Positions 51,796 to 64,000 of a stretch of DNA of 64,000 bases are shown here, one piece after another. A program made the translations under genes and the position numbers. The stretch is taken from NCBI RefSeq assembly GCF_036321535.1, contig NC_087437.1, positions 74,774,001-74,838,000 on the forward strand, read 5' to 3'. This DNA comes from Camelus dromedarius. Its lineage: Eukaryota. Under the pieces are notes generated by a model. That model saw only the letters and a program-made list of their open reading frames with translations, did not search any database and was not told the DNA's origin. Within the stretch, counting starts at the first letter, position 1. Every line of letters begins with the position of its first letter.

Positions 51796-52193
51796 ATTGT
51801 TTTATTGTGATAAAACATACATAATGTAAAACTTACCACTTTAACCATTTTTTATTGTACAATTCAGTGATATCAAGTACATTCACCATGTGGGGCAACC
51901 ATCACCTCTATCTCCAGACTTTTTTTTATCATCCCCAATAGAAACTTTGTACCCTTTAAAAAGTAACTCCCATTGCCCTCTCACCCAGCCCCTGGTAACC
52001 ATTATTTACTTTCTGTCCCTATGAATTTGCTTAGTCCAGGCACCTCAAATAGGAGGAACCATACAACACAGTGTCTGACTTACTTCACTTAGTATAGTAT
52101 CTTCAAAGCTTATCTATGTTGTAGCATTTCATTTCTTTTTAAGGCTGAATAATATTTTGTATGTTTATGCCGACATTTTGTTTATCCGTTCAC
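51796..52193 (-). mobile_element. L1MB-like 3' end within L2
   Basis: 'ttattgtgataaaacatacataatgtaaaacttaccactttaaccatt...ggtaaccattattttactttctg'. Confidence 0.85.
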
Positions 52194-52997
52194 AGATTAA
52201 CTTTTGAAAACTCCTTTGTCACTTGTGTGGAGGACAGTTGGTAAAAAGGAAGAGGACAGAGTGAAAGACACAAAGTTGGAAGCTCTTCGAATAGTTCCAG
52301 ATGCGAGATTAGTTGGACCTGAATCGGGTAATGACAGCAGAAGTAGGAAGACAGGATTGATTCGGACAGACTAAGAAACTCCCATTCATTTGGGCTGATT
52401 ACTGTGGAATGACCAGCATTAAAATTTTGGGTTTAGCTGGGATATGCTAATAGGTGACTACAGATTTCTCTTCATTCTCTTTGAAGAAAAGGTATTAGTT
52501 ACAGTGTTAGATATTTAATGTAGATTTATTCTGTTAAAAAAGAGGAAGTTTTTAAAAATAAAAGTAGTGGCTAGGTAAGTAGATCCAATACTATCAATAA
52601 CTAACAAATATTTTAAAATAAATTATGCTTAGAATATTTACAGTTACAAAAGAAAGTACAGTAATTGCTTAAGATAGTGTTACTTGGAATCATCTAAAAG
52701 TAAAACAGTATTCTGTACCATAATTATCCTGCTGCATTGTATAATAACTAAGAAAAAATGCTATTACATAAATCTCAGCAGAGAAGTAGGCTTTAAAATA
52801 TAAGGCATAGCTATTTTAGGCTCTAATAATTCTATCTTTTGTAAATCTTCCTCCTTTTTGCTCATGGAAAATATTTCATCTCCTCTTTCCCCCACCTCCC
52901 AGACCAAAGCTCCTACCTCAGCATTTTACGTCCAACAGGCATCCAATAAATATTAATTGATGGTGATAATAACATCACCCACGAGAGGGACAGAAAC

Positions 52998-53110
52998 TAG
53001 TATTTATTATCCTATTTTACAAATGAGAAAATTGACACACAGAGATGAAATGACTCACTCAAGGTCACATAGTAAGTCAGTGGCAGGGCTGGAAATAAAA
53101 TGCAAGTAAT
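52998..53110 (-). mobile_element. MIR SINE
   Basis: 'ttttacaaatgagaaaattgacacacagagatgaaatgactcactcaaggtcaca'. Confidence 0.8.
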
Positions 53111-55836
53111 GCAGAAGGGCATGCTATTATCCTCTCTGCTTGAGAAGTTTCCCCTCCCTTTTTCATTCTGCCTGATCAACCTTGAGAGTTAGTGAGAGCA
53201 ATATCAGAGTTTTGTATTTGTAAGCCTGTATAATACTGCCAGGGGTTGAAAACTAAAACTGCATTTTATTACTTTGTTGGTTTTTAAATGGGTGTTTTTT
53301 TTTTTTTTAATGTAGGCAATATCAACCAGGCCTACTTTAAACTTTATAATCATAAGCTATAAAAAATCTTCTCTGTTTCTTTCCAACTCCTTATATGCCC
53401 TCCTTCCGTTCATCTTGTATCATAGTCAGTTTTAATAGGACCTGCCACGCTAAGTTCTGCTGTCTAAACGTTTCTGAAATATCCTCTGCAGTAAAGTCTG
53501 TACAGTAGAAATAAGGCAGACACGTCAGAGCGTGGAGATACTTGAGATCATAGCTCTTCCACACAAGCCAAGAAGGATCAGAGATCCAAAGTCTTATCCT
53601 GGCCCTGCAGTGATGAGTTTGGTCCCCAAGCCACTTCTTATTCCTACACTTCTACTTTCTGTTCTGTAAAACAGGGCTGGATCATGTGATCTCTAAGGTC
53701 TCTTTCAGCTCTGATAGTTTGAATTGGAATGTATTCATAACAAATAGGTTATGACTGACAGTTACTTTCTCTGAATGATATTATGTCATTGGAAGCATGT
53801 AGAATATGCTAAGTGGGAGCAACTCCTACTACCGTCAAGGAATTTCTATCTGCATGGAGACAGACAGACATAAGTGAAAGAGAAGTCAAAACACCTAGCC
53901 AATAAGTAAGCAAAACCAAATAAAAGTGTATTCATATTAGGCACAAAGATATGAGTGCCCCCCACAGGCTGGTGGGCAGTGTGAAAGTGAGGGAAGCTGT
54001 ATCATTTGTATAATTAGAAGTGCAAACAGTCCCTATATTGTGATCACTCAGGGGAGGCTGAAGAAGAGTCCTTAAATCTGATAGTAGAGAAATGACTGAA
54101 CGGTCTATATACTATGAAAACGGTATTTGTTGTAGGAACATACACACTAAAAAGATCAAAAAGCCTGATGTGAAACTTAGACACAGAATGAAGGGCAGAG
54201 TCTGATGGCAGATCCCTGTTTTCTTCCATGCAGGGGAACTGGTGTAGAGCTCCTGCTGGGTAAATCCAAGAGGCATAACTTGGCATGTCCAGCTCATTCT
54301 TCCTTCCTCTTGAGAGTGAGCTGCCCTCAGAAGGCACACTTTCTGTTCTGATTCTGTAACCTGAAATTTTATATGAAATTTGCAAATTCTAGGATCCAGT
54401 CACCAGGCCCTTTACGTACTTATACTACTTCCTTTCTACTGTAAGCTTTGGTAACTGACCCCAAACTTTATAGTAGAAGATTTAAGGGTTGTATTTTAGT
54501 ATAATGGATTCTCTCACTTTGCTGTAATTCACATAAAATTGAGAGAGAGAGAGAGACAAGAAATTTGGATTGTGAGAGAAAAACTGTGAAGAAGAAGGAG
54601 AAAAGAAATCAAAGGAAGGAGAGACAGAAGGGAGGGTACTAAAGGTGAAAAGCCATGGGGAAAGGGGCGGGGCAAATGGGGGAGGTAAAGGCAGAGAACA
54701 AAGAGCATGGAAGGAAGTGAACTGCAGGACCAGCTCACAAATCCCCATGATCCTGTTAAACCATCTGTTAATAAAACACTTTTGAAATTGAACTTTTAAC
54801 TCAGGAACTTTGGCTTTACTGATGTTACAATTGCTGATGTGTTCAGTACTTTGAAAAGCAAACAGAAACTTGTATTACTTGAGTTTAACTTAACTCTGTT
54901 TTAACCCGCTCTTGGCACAGTAGCATACACCCACATATGTGCTCACACACACGGCCATTAATTCTGTCGGGCATATTTCTGAAGCTGGCAGGTCTTTTAT
55001 TAGTTTTTAATCTTGTGGACAGAGAAATTTGTATCCCATGAAAGGCAGCATTTTATATGATTCAATCAATTGTGATTCCTTCTGGATCACTGCCTACGTG
55101 TGTTGATGGGATTCCCAACTCTAGAGCCAGGACCATTTTGGGCATGTGGGTAGGAAAACAGTTTTTTTTTACAACATCCAGAGTACTCACTGAATCTAGT
55201 CATAGGCAGTGACATTTTTCCTCCAACCAAGTTATTTCCTAGGTTATTCTCACTACCCACTGTTTTAGAGCATCAATCAATCTTAAGTCAAAGTGAGCAA
55301 GTGAAACTAAGAACAAAATTTTATATAATAAATTAAATTTAAAAAAATCAGGGAATACAGACTCTCTAGGAACTAGAAGGCTGCAGGGGTGACTGAGAAC
55401 GTCTATTCCTTATTCCTTCTATAGCAGAGAAGAAGGCAAAGGGAAGGACTGGAGGTGCTGACAGGGTTGTGGGGAAGAAAATGTGACATTAAAAGCTCTT
55501 GCAAAAACAAACAAAGGCAAACAAAAAAACCCCTTCAAGAAAAATTGGCCTTAATTATTAATTCTGGATTGAACAATAAGAGCTGGAACTGTACTAGAGA
55601 AACAGGCCAAAGGCAGTTTTTTTTTCCCCTATGTAAAACCAGAAGTCATGCTTGTTCTTTATGGCTAGATCTGACCACAGGCCAACAATATGGTCATGAA
55701 TCCCTAAATTGTTTCATCAATGGGTCAACCCCAAGGACTGGTTTACTAACTCAGTGAAATATTTTCCAAATATGTGCATTTTCTGTATTTGCTCTTTTTA
55801 TGAATAGGGATGTTTGATTTTTAAAAGTGCCCTGTT

Positions 55837-57328
55837 ATAATACTACAAAGCTACAGTAATCAAAACAGCTTGGTATTGGTACAAAAATAGTCCTATGGAT
55901 CAATGAAACAGAATAGAGAGCCCAGAAATACATCCACCCACCTATGGTCAATTAATCCTCAACAAGGAGGTAAGAATATATACCGGAGAAAAGACAGTCT
56001 CATCAACAAGAAGTTTTGGAAAAGCTGGACAGCCCCATGTAAATCAGTGAAGTTAGAACACTCCCTCACACCACACACAAAAATCAACTCAAAATGGCTT
56101 AAAGACTTAAGTTTAAGACATGACACCATAAAACTCCTAGAAGAGAATATAAGTAAAACATTCTCTGACATAAATCGTAGCAATGTTTTGTTAGGTCAGT
56201 CTCCCAAGGCAAAAGAAATAAAAGCAAAAACAAATGGGACCTAATCAAACCTATAAGCTTTTGCATAGCAAAGGAAAGCATAAACAAAGTGAAGACAACC
56301 TAAGGATTTGGAGAAAATATTCAGAAAATATGTGATCCATAAGGGATTTCCAAAATACACAAACAGCTCATACAATTCAATATCAAAAAAAAAAAAAAAA
56401 AAAAGCAAACAAACAACCCAATCAAAACATGAGCATAAGACCTAAATAGACATTTCTCTTTCTCCATAGAAGACATACAGATGGCCAACAGGCACATGAC
56501 AAGATGCTCAACATCACTAATTATTAGAGAAATGCAAATCAAAACTACAGTGAGGTACCACCTCATACCAGTCAGAATGGTCATTATCAAAAAGTCTACA
56601 AACAATAAATGCTGGAGAGGGTGTGGAGAAAAGGGAACCTTCCTGTACTGTTGGTGGGAAAGTAAATTGGTACAGCCACTATGAAGAACAGTATGGAGGT
56701 TCCTTAAAAAACTAAAAATGTTACCATATGATCCAGTAATGTCACTCCTGGTCATATATCCAGAAAAGACAAAAACTCATTCAAAAAGATACATGCACCC
56801 CGATGTTCATAGCAGCACTATTTACAATAGCCAAGACCTGGAAGCAACCTGTCAATATCCATCGACAGATGACTGGATAAAGATGATGTGGTATACATAT
56901 ACAATGGAATATTAGTCAGCCATAAAAATGAAATAATGCCATCTGCAATAACATTGATGGACTTAAAGATTATCATAAGTGAAGTAAGTCAGAAAGACAG
57001 ACATCATACTACTTATTTGTGAAATCTAAAAAAGTAACACAAATGAACTTATTTACATAGCAGAAACAGATAATCTTATGGTTATGAAAGGGGAAAGGAG
57101 GGAGGGATAAATTAGGAGTTTGGGATTAGCAGATACACACTAATATATACAAATTAGATAAACAAAAAGGACTGACTGTAAATCACATGGAACTATATGA
57201 GATATCTTATAATAGACTATAATGGAAAAAAAATCTGAAAATATTGTATATATAACTGAATCACTTTGCTGTACACCTGAAACTAACACAATGTTGTAAA
57301 TCAACTATATTTCAATTTTTTTTTTTTT
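55837..57328 (+). mobile_element. 5'-truncated L1 (ORF2 C-terminus plus 3'UTR) with TSD
   Basis: YYKATVIKTAWYW...; [18 protein letters not shown]...[20 protein letters not shown] aaagtgccctgtt (55824-55836) and aaattgcactgtt (57329-57341), 11/13. Confidence 0.93.
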
Positions 57329-57589
57329 AAATTGCACTGTTGAGGTGGAACATGTTGGGTTTGGGACTTTTATTTAAGTCAGTTCAACTAGGAACTGTCC
57401 TTGGCTATGTCCTGGTTTGGCTCTATTTTCTCAGATAAAGTGATCCAGCTCCCTAACCACTGACCTTTTCTTTTGGAACCAATGGCTCCGATATTGGCTC
57501 TATTACTTTTTTGGAAAGAAATGTTCTGTGCTCTGCTGCCTATCTTACACCTGCATATCCCATACCTGGCATTACAGTGACAGAGGGGA

Positions 57590-57830
57590 CAGTTTGCATA
57601 GCAGGAGGAAGACTTTTGTTCTCAGAAGACCTGGATGTAGAATTTGGTTGTGAATCTGGCATCCATCATTGACTGTGTAGCTTGGTCATTTAATTTCTCT
57701 CAGCCTCAGTTTTCTCTTTGTACAGTAACACTCATAACACCTGTTTTCAGAGTGATTATGAGAGTTGAACTAAGATAATATATGGAAAGCCCCTCACACA
57801 TAAAAAAGATTTAAAATAGTAGTATTAATA
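57590..57830 (+). mobile_element. MIR SINE
   Basis: 'cagaagacctgg...ctctcagcctcagttttctc'. Confidence 0.65.
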
Positions 57831-60194
57831 TTTGCTGTCTGATTATCAGAGTAGGCAATTCTTGACCTAAATGCTAAAGAGAGGGTTTTTGTTTTGTTTT
57901 ATTTTTGTCTTTCAATCAAATCAGGACACTTGGACTTCTAATTCTCTGACCAGGGAATCAGTCCCCATCTGGATTCATTACTATTTTGAGAAAATCAATA
58001 AAATAATTTGGAGACTCTGCTCATAAATTTAATTACTTGAGTAGGTGCTTCATCATTTTTGGCTTCAGCATTCCCACTAGGGAAATGGATAATGAGATCT
58101 TTTCCCAACTTACTTCAAATTAAGTTCTAGACGAAAGTAATTTATTAGACAACTAATTTGTAACAAGAAAAGTTTTTTTTTTTTAAATAATAAAAACAGA
58201 CTTAAAAATTGTTTTCTTGTGGCAAGCAGAAGGGCTCTGGGAAGTGCAGATGAATAGGCTACATTCTCAAATGAAAAAGAGGGGTGGGGTGGGGAGGAAA
58301 CAAAGAGAGCTGACTGAAGCTATTATTTCCTACTTTAGAGCTATGTGATTTAGAAAATGTCAGTTGAACTAGTTTTTAGTGTAACAACTGAATCTGATTC
58401 TAAAGGCTAGTCTCCTAGGCCTGCAAGTCTATCCTGAGACTGAAGGGTTAACCCAGCAGTGTCAACATCCCTCTGTCCTTGGATTCTGATCCTCAGATTA
58501 TTTCGTGAACTTCAACTACATGATTTTATGTATGTTTGTATGTATTTATTTATTTATTTTTCAAGTGAAGTTAGTCAAACCAGTTGACTTTATAGGTAGA
58601 AAAATTTGTATTCCAGCTGGAATTAAAGCTAATTCCAGCTTGCTTTTAAAGAAAGTCTATGAAAGGCAATTTACAGAACCATTTTCCTTTTGCCTGGTCT
58701 TTTTGACCCTGTCGTGTTCATAGGTGAATGTGGACCAACTGTAGTGCTTTTAGCCTTGCGGTCATCCACCATCGTCCACTCTAAAGTCAGCTACAGGGAT
58801 CAGCAGTCAAGGCAAAGCTTTATACGATGGATTATAACCAACCCATGACTTCAATTTACAGTTGCTCCTCAGACACTCTCTTAAACTGAGCCAGCCTCAC
58901 TTTCTTGAACTGGAGATGTGGGCTGTAACTGAGTATGACTGCATATGCCTTGATAATAATTGCTTAATAATAACTTGGCTAAAATTTGCTAATCATTTAT
59001 TTAAACATGTCCTAAATGCAAAGTGCAATATAGGTGATTAAAACACTTTATTAAAATTATTCATATACTTAGCAATAAAAGGCTGATTATATACACACAC
59101 ATATCTATGTATACACACATATCTAGATTCATACTTCAGATATATATTTGTATCTCTATCTGTGTGTGTGTGTCTCAGGCAAAATACATATATTTTTTTG
59201 CTTGGGTCTCAAGCTTATCATAAAAGTAGAAATTTATTCTGATTTAAGCATCTTTATTAGAAGTATTTCTAAATTATAGAGATTTAACTGTGAAAATAAT
59301 TTATACCTTTGTAAGTATTTTCAGTTTTGGTTACAAGAAAAACAAATGACCTCTCAGTTCCATTCAGATATAAGCCACATAGTTACTGGGTCAATTTGGC
59401 AGCAAATCATCTGGCCTTTAGTGCCTTCAGCACTTCTCTGAGCTACAGCTTGCCTAAAAGGTTAATGAATTCACACACTGAAAGTACCTTGAGGTTTCCA
59501 CATAATTGTATCATTTAAGTATTATAGTTTCTAAAAGGCATTTAAAATTTTTCTTTGTTCAAGGACACCAGAGCACTTCTTTGGAGGCAGCAGTTAAATA
59601 GACTTCTTAGCAACAGTAACATGTTAATATGTTAATATATAATTAGGAATAAAATGATCACACATACAGTTAACACTAACATGTTCAAAACCACAGCATA
59701 ACACAATGTTTGGTTTCCCTAATGCTTTAGAATTGGTCCATGATTAAAATAGGTTTGTTCATTTCTTTAAAAACTCAAAAGGGGTTATCTGTCAACCTAA
59801 CTGTTATAAAAGACACGACAAAGAAAAAATAAATAGATTCTTATCTATTAGCAATGTTGAACACAGGGCCACTTGAAGCATTTTGTAGGCCATGATCCTG
59901 TTTTGGAAAGAAAATATTTATTTTAATTTAAACCGAGCAAAGGCTTAGGGCATATTGGGTACTTTCCAGGAATATGAAGCATTTCCTGCATACCTGGAGG
60001 CCCTATGAGCTGAGACAAGTCAGAAAGAAGCTGTTGCTTGAGAGACTTTTTTATATAACTCCTGTCTTTTACCCTTTGGACTTTTGAGACTGACTTTTTA
60101 CAGGCTGTTCTTACATGGGTCGTGTATTTATTTACTAATTTTACCATCAACACAGACTAAGATAATGTAAAAAATCATACCCAAACAAAACAAA

Positions 60195-61035
60195 AAAGGT
60201 GGAAAAACTGGATCACTCATACACTGCTGTGAGGTTATAAAATGGTGCGGTCACTTTGGGAAAGAGTTTGCCAGTTTCTTATAAATCTGAGCATGCAGTT
60301 ATCATACAACCTAGCAACTGCACTACTGGGCATTTATCTCAGTGAAATGAAGATTCATGTTCATATGAAAACCTGTAAAAGAATGTTCATAGCAGCTTTA
60401 TTAGTAATAGGCAAAAGCTGGAAACAACCCAGAAGTCCTTTAACAGCTGAATGTTAAATGCACTGAGGTACGTTTATACCGTGGATTATGACTCAGCAGT
60501 AATAATACAAGTTATTGATAGACACAACAACTTGGACGAATCTCAAGGGAATTATGATGTGTTAAAAAAAGCCAATCTCAAATAGCTACTTACCTGTATG
60601 ATTCCATTTATATAATCTTTTTGATATGACAAAATTATAAATGTTTTAGTAGTTGTTAGGGATTAAGGATGGAGCAGGGTAGGTGGGAGTGGTTATACAG
60701 GGGCAATATGAGAGACCCTTATGATGATTCTGTATTGTGACTATGCTGGTGGATACATGAACATAAACATGTGATAAAATTGCATAGAACTAAACATCTC
60801 TCTCTCACACACACACACACATACACACACACAAATGAGTACATATAAGGCTGGGGAAATCTGAATAGGATTGGTAGATATATCAGTGTCAGTATTCTGG
60901 TTGTGATATTGCACTGCATTATAGTTTTGCAAAATGTTACCATTGGGAGAAGCTGGGTGAAGAGCACACAGGATCTCTCTGTATTATTTCTTGTGAGACT
61001 GAGTGATTCTACACATCCAATAATAAAAAGTTTAA
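60195..61035 (+). mobile_element. L1MC/MD-like 3' fragment with internal (CA)n
   Basis: ORF2 C-terminus LLGIYLSEMK...RMFIAALLVIGKSWKQP, then 3'UTR 'gcaaaatgttaccattgggagaagctgggtgaag'. Confidence 0.88.
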
Positions 61036-61824
61036 TTAAGAACAAAGGAATGTTTAACAGCATGGTGAATTCTGTTTGTTTCCAAAATTTGTTTTGTTTC
61101 CAAAAAACAAAAGTGTATGATGACTATAACCAGAAAATTTTTTATTCTGATTTTTCAAACAATTACCTTTTTCAGTGGCATGACTAACAGTTAAATGAAT
61201 AAATTCATCATCATAAATTTATTCTTAACAGCAAACTATGCATTTGTTGGCCAGTCTCATCAGGATTATGCAGTCTGTATCAAGTAGGTGTAGGGATATA
61301 AATGTGGTAGGAGAAAGCTTTCTTGATGTTTACCTTTGAATTGTAGAGTGGTTAGAAACCTGGATCTGACTAGATGGGTATTGTGCCTCCAATTACTGAT
61401 GCAAGGCTTGGGAAGATAGATATCTGGAAATAAGCACAGCAAAATCTTGGCAGCCTGCCCCATGTCTCCATCTAGAAAAGATTTTGTTGGTGCAACAACT
61501 ACTGCCACATTTCTGTAAGTTTCCTTGTTTTTTACTTGATGGAGCCATATAAATATGCAGCTGTGTAATAGACAGGAAGAAGCTCAAGAAAACCCAAAGA
61601 AAAAAATGCTTTCTTGTTATTTAAAGTTTACAGAATCAAAGGAGAAATTCATCTCCCTCGTTAATCCCCATAATTCTTCAGCTTTTGGACCTAAAATGAG
61701 CCTTGTCTGGAGAGGGGAATGGGAACAGGTTGCATCCTATCTCTTTTCTTTTACTTCTTTCACAGAATGGATCAGTAGTCCGTCATTTTGGCTAGGGTGT
61801 GTATTGCAAGTATAAAACAATAAT

Positions 61825-61975
61825 AGTTCTCTCATAAATTATATATGCAGTCTCTTAATCCTCATGACAATTTTATGTGAAGATATTATTACCATTTTAC
61901 AGATGGTAAACTGAGGCTCAGGGAGGTTTAGTGATTTGTTGAAGGAGTGTTCAGCCATTACAGGGTGAGACTGAA
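61825..61975 (-). mobile_element. MIR SINE
   Basis: 'ccattttacagatggtaaactgaggctcagggaggtttagtgatttg'. Confidence 0.8.
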
Positions 61976-63599
61976 GAAGAAGTAAAGTGGCTGCTTATGC
62001 TTAGAGGCATAAGCCAATGAAATGAAACAAATTAGGTGAATGGGTGACCCTACTTTGACTCATAGGTGAATGTGGCCTCGTCCACTCAGTTTCACAGTGG
62101 AGTTTGTATTCGATCCTTCATGGGCCAGAAAATCTTATCCTTCCTGGTGAACGGAGCCATCTCTGACCTCCCCACCCCCCAAATGAGATTTGTCTGCCCT
62201 TTCTTACATCAGCATATCTTCAGTACTTAGGCCATGCTTCCCTGTATTACGGTTATGTGTGTACATTTCAGTATTCTTGAGTAGATTGCATGCTTCCTGA
62301 AGGCTGACACTGCAGCTTCCTCCTGTTTGTATGCCTTCAGCACCTAGCACAGTGCCTGTTACCTAATAGCCCTCTTTAAAGATGAACCTAATTGAATCAA
62401 CTGATTCAAATTAAACTGAACTACATTAAACTGAGTCCGTATTTTCCTGCACCAGTCTACCAGTACGCAGTCTTATCCTACTGACAGCAAAAAGCAAGCA
62501 AGCAAACAAACAAAAAACACAACTAAAGTATAGCAGTTTTGTTTTTATGTTAACAAAACTTGAGTTTTAAATAGTGTTCCCTATAGCTTGTCTTTTCTTA
62601 TGATCTATCAAAGAAAAAAGTTGGATGCATAAAAATCGGCAATCTTAATTACAAAGACATAAATGCTCTTTAAAATGAAATTGGAATGTCTATCTTTGAA
62701 AACTAGAAAGATCAAGCGGCATGAATTCATGAAACTCATCAATGGAGTCTGTTTACAATTTGATGCTTTATACTTAGAAATGATTACTTTAATATGATAT
62801 GAGAGACCTTGGTAAGCTCCCATGGTCTCTTCCATATAAATGAAATATAAATGTTGGAAGAAAATAGTGTGAAATCAGATATAATACTATAAATTTTTTT
62901 AAACAAGAAAAAAGAAAAGAAAGAAAACTTTATTCTACCAAGGAGCAGGCTGAATTTAGTTTGTGCTCTGAGTCATGCCACCAATGCAATCAGACTCTGT
63001 AAACTGCAAAGCTTTTGAGAGTGCAATGCTCATTTATCAAATTCTGATAAGAAGGGGTGGAGGGCATGGTGCTGCCTTGCATGATCCAGTGATTATCAAC
63101 ATCAGGAGAAGGTGGAGGATCAGATAACGTGTTGAAGGAGAAGAGGATACTATCCCTTATAAACATTGTACTGAACTTTCAACAGCATTCAACCTATTGA
63201 AAATATAAGCTAGTGACAGCATTTCGTTTTGTGAAGTTATTTGAGATTCTCAAAGAGTTGCTAACTGAGGACAAATTTTTTCCATGGCACCTGGTGAAAG
63301 ATTCAGTTTTAAATTGATTTGGCCGCAGATGGGTTTGATACAGTTTTTATACACTAAGATAGAGTATAACATGTCATTATGATCAGGTCAAGCCTCAGAG
63401 GTATCGTTTCTCTCCTAGAACTGAGGGAATATTCCATTACCCCCATGGTTTTGGTTTACATTTAGGCAGAGGATGACAGCAACTACATCCCAGGAATGAG
63501 TAAGCGTTTCTGAAAAGTCTGTGCTACAGGCAGAAAGTAGCTCTTTAGTGAGGCACAAGATGTCAGATTCAGACTCGGTATAATACAGAAACTATTTTT

Positions 63600-63884
63600 T
63601 TCCCATTTTTAAAATTGAAGTATAGTTGATTTACAATGTTGTATTAGTTTCTGGTGTACAGCATAGTGATTCAGTTATACGTACATTTTTTTTTCACGTT
63701 CTTTTTCATTACAGGTTACTATCAGCCACTGAATATGGTTGCTTGTGCTATTATAGTAGGGCCCCGTTGTTTATCTGTTCTTTACATAGTAGTTTGCATT
63801 AGCCAATCCCAAACTCCCAATTTACCCCTCCCTCACCACTCCCCTTAGTGAACCATAAGTTTGTTTTCTATGTCTAAGAATCTC
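63600..63884 (-). mobile_element. Short cetartiodactyl-type L1 3' end with 14-bp TSD
   Basis: 'ttgaagtatagttgatttacaatgttgtattagtttctggtgtacagc'; TSD cag(a/g)aactattttt at 63586-63599 and 63885-63898. Confidence 0.88.
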
Positions 63885-64000
63885 CAGGAACTATTTTTGA
63901 ATTACTACATAGAATATTGTTTTGTCTTGGAAGCTAGAATTTTGTTTTTATTTATTTTTCTCAATTTGTGAATAAAATGAAGCCCTGCTGAAGGCAAACA

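Noticed and set aside
54270..54290. p53-like element AGGCATAACT-TGGCATGTCC
   Set aside because: The first half-site lacks the CWWG core; too degenerate.
54044..54748. Minus-strand ORFs of 69-113 aa
   Set aside because: Low-complexity or chance ORFs with no splice or homology support.

Overview
AT-rich, CpG-poor mammalian DNA that is intergenic or deep-intronic. A tRNA-Ala-derived SINE resembling the camelid vic-1 family (45317-45451) suggests a camel, llama or alpaca genome. I can support no host protein-coding exon, tRNA or rRNA gene or CRISPR array; the ORF track is explained by decayed retroelements, a microsatellite and chance. The main element is a decayed class I (ERV1, HERV-W/9-like) provirus on the minus strand at 1346-6524, inserted into an L2. 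It has TG...CA termini, a 4-bp TSD, a tRNA-Arg PBS and gag-pro-RT-RNaseH remnants, with integrase and env deleted. Its RT gene is interrupted by a nearly identical 134-bp copy of flanking DNA from about 3 kb away (274-407), with microhomology and filler junctions suggesting a repair-templated insertion. Also present: a cluster of 5'-inverted L1s (15.3-20.7 kb), an orphan poly(A) insertion with TSDs, a perfect 34-bp tandem duplication, a 294-bp polypyrimidine tract next to a G4 motif, several motif clusters (CAGATG E-boxes, GATA, a recursive-splice-type AG|GTAAGT site), and many old L2, MIR, MaLR and hAT fragments. I found no convincing new biological system. Repeat subfamily names are from memory and most old-repeat boundaries are approximate.
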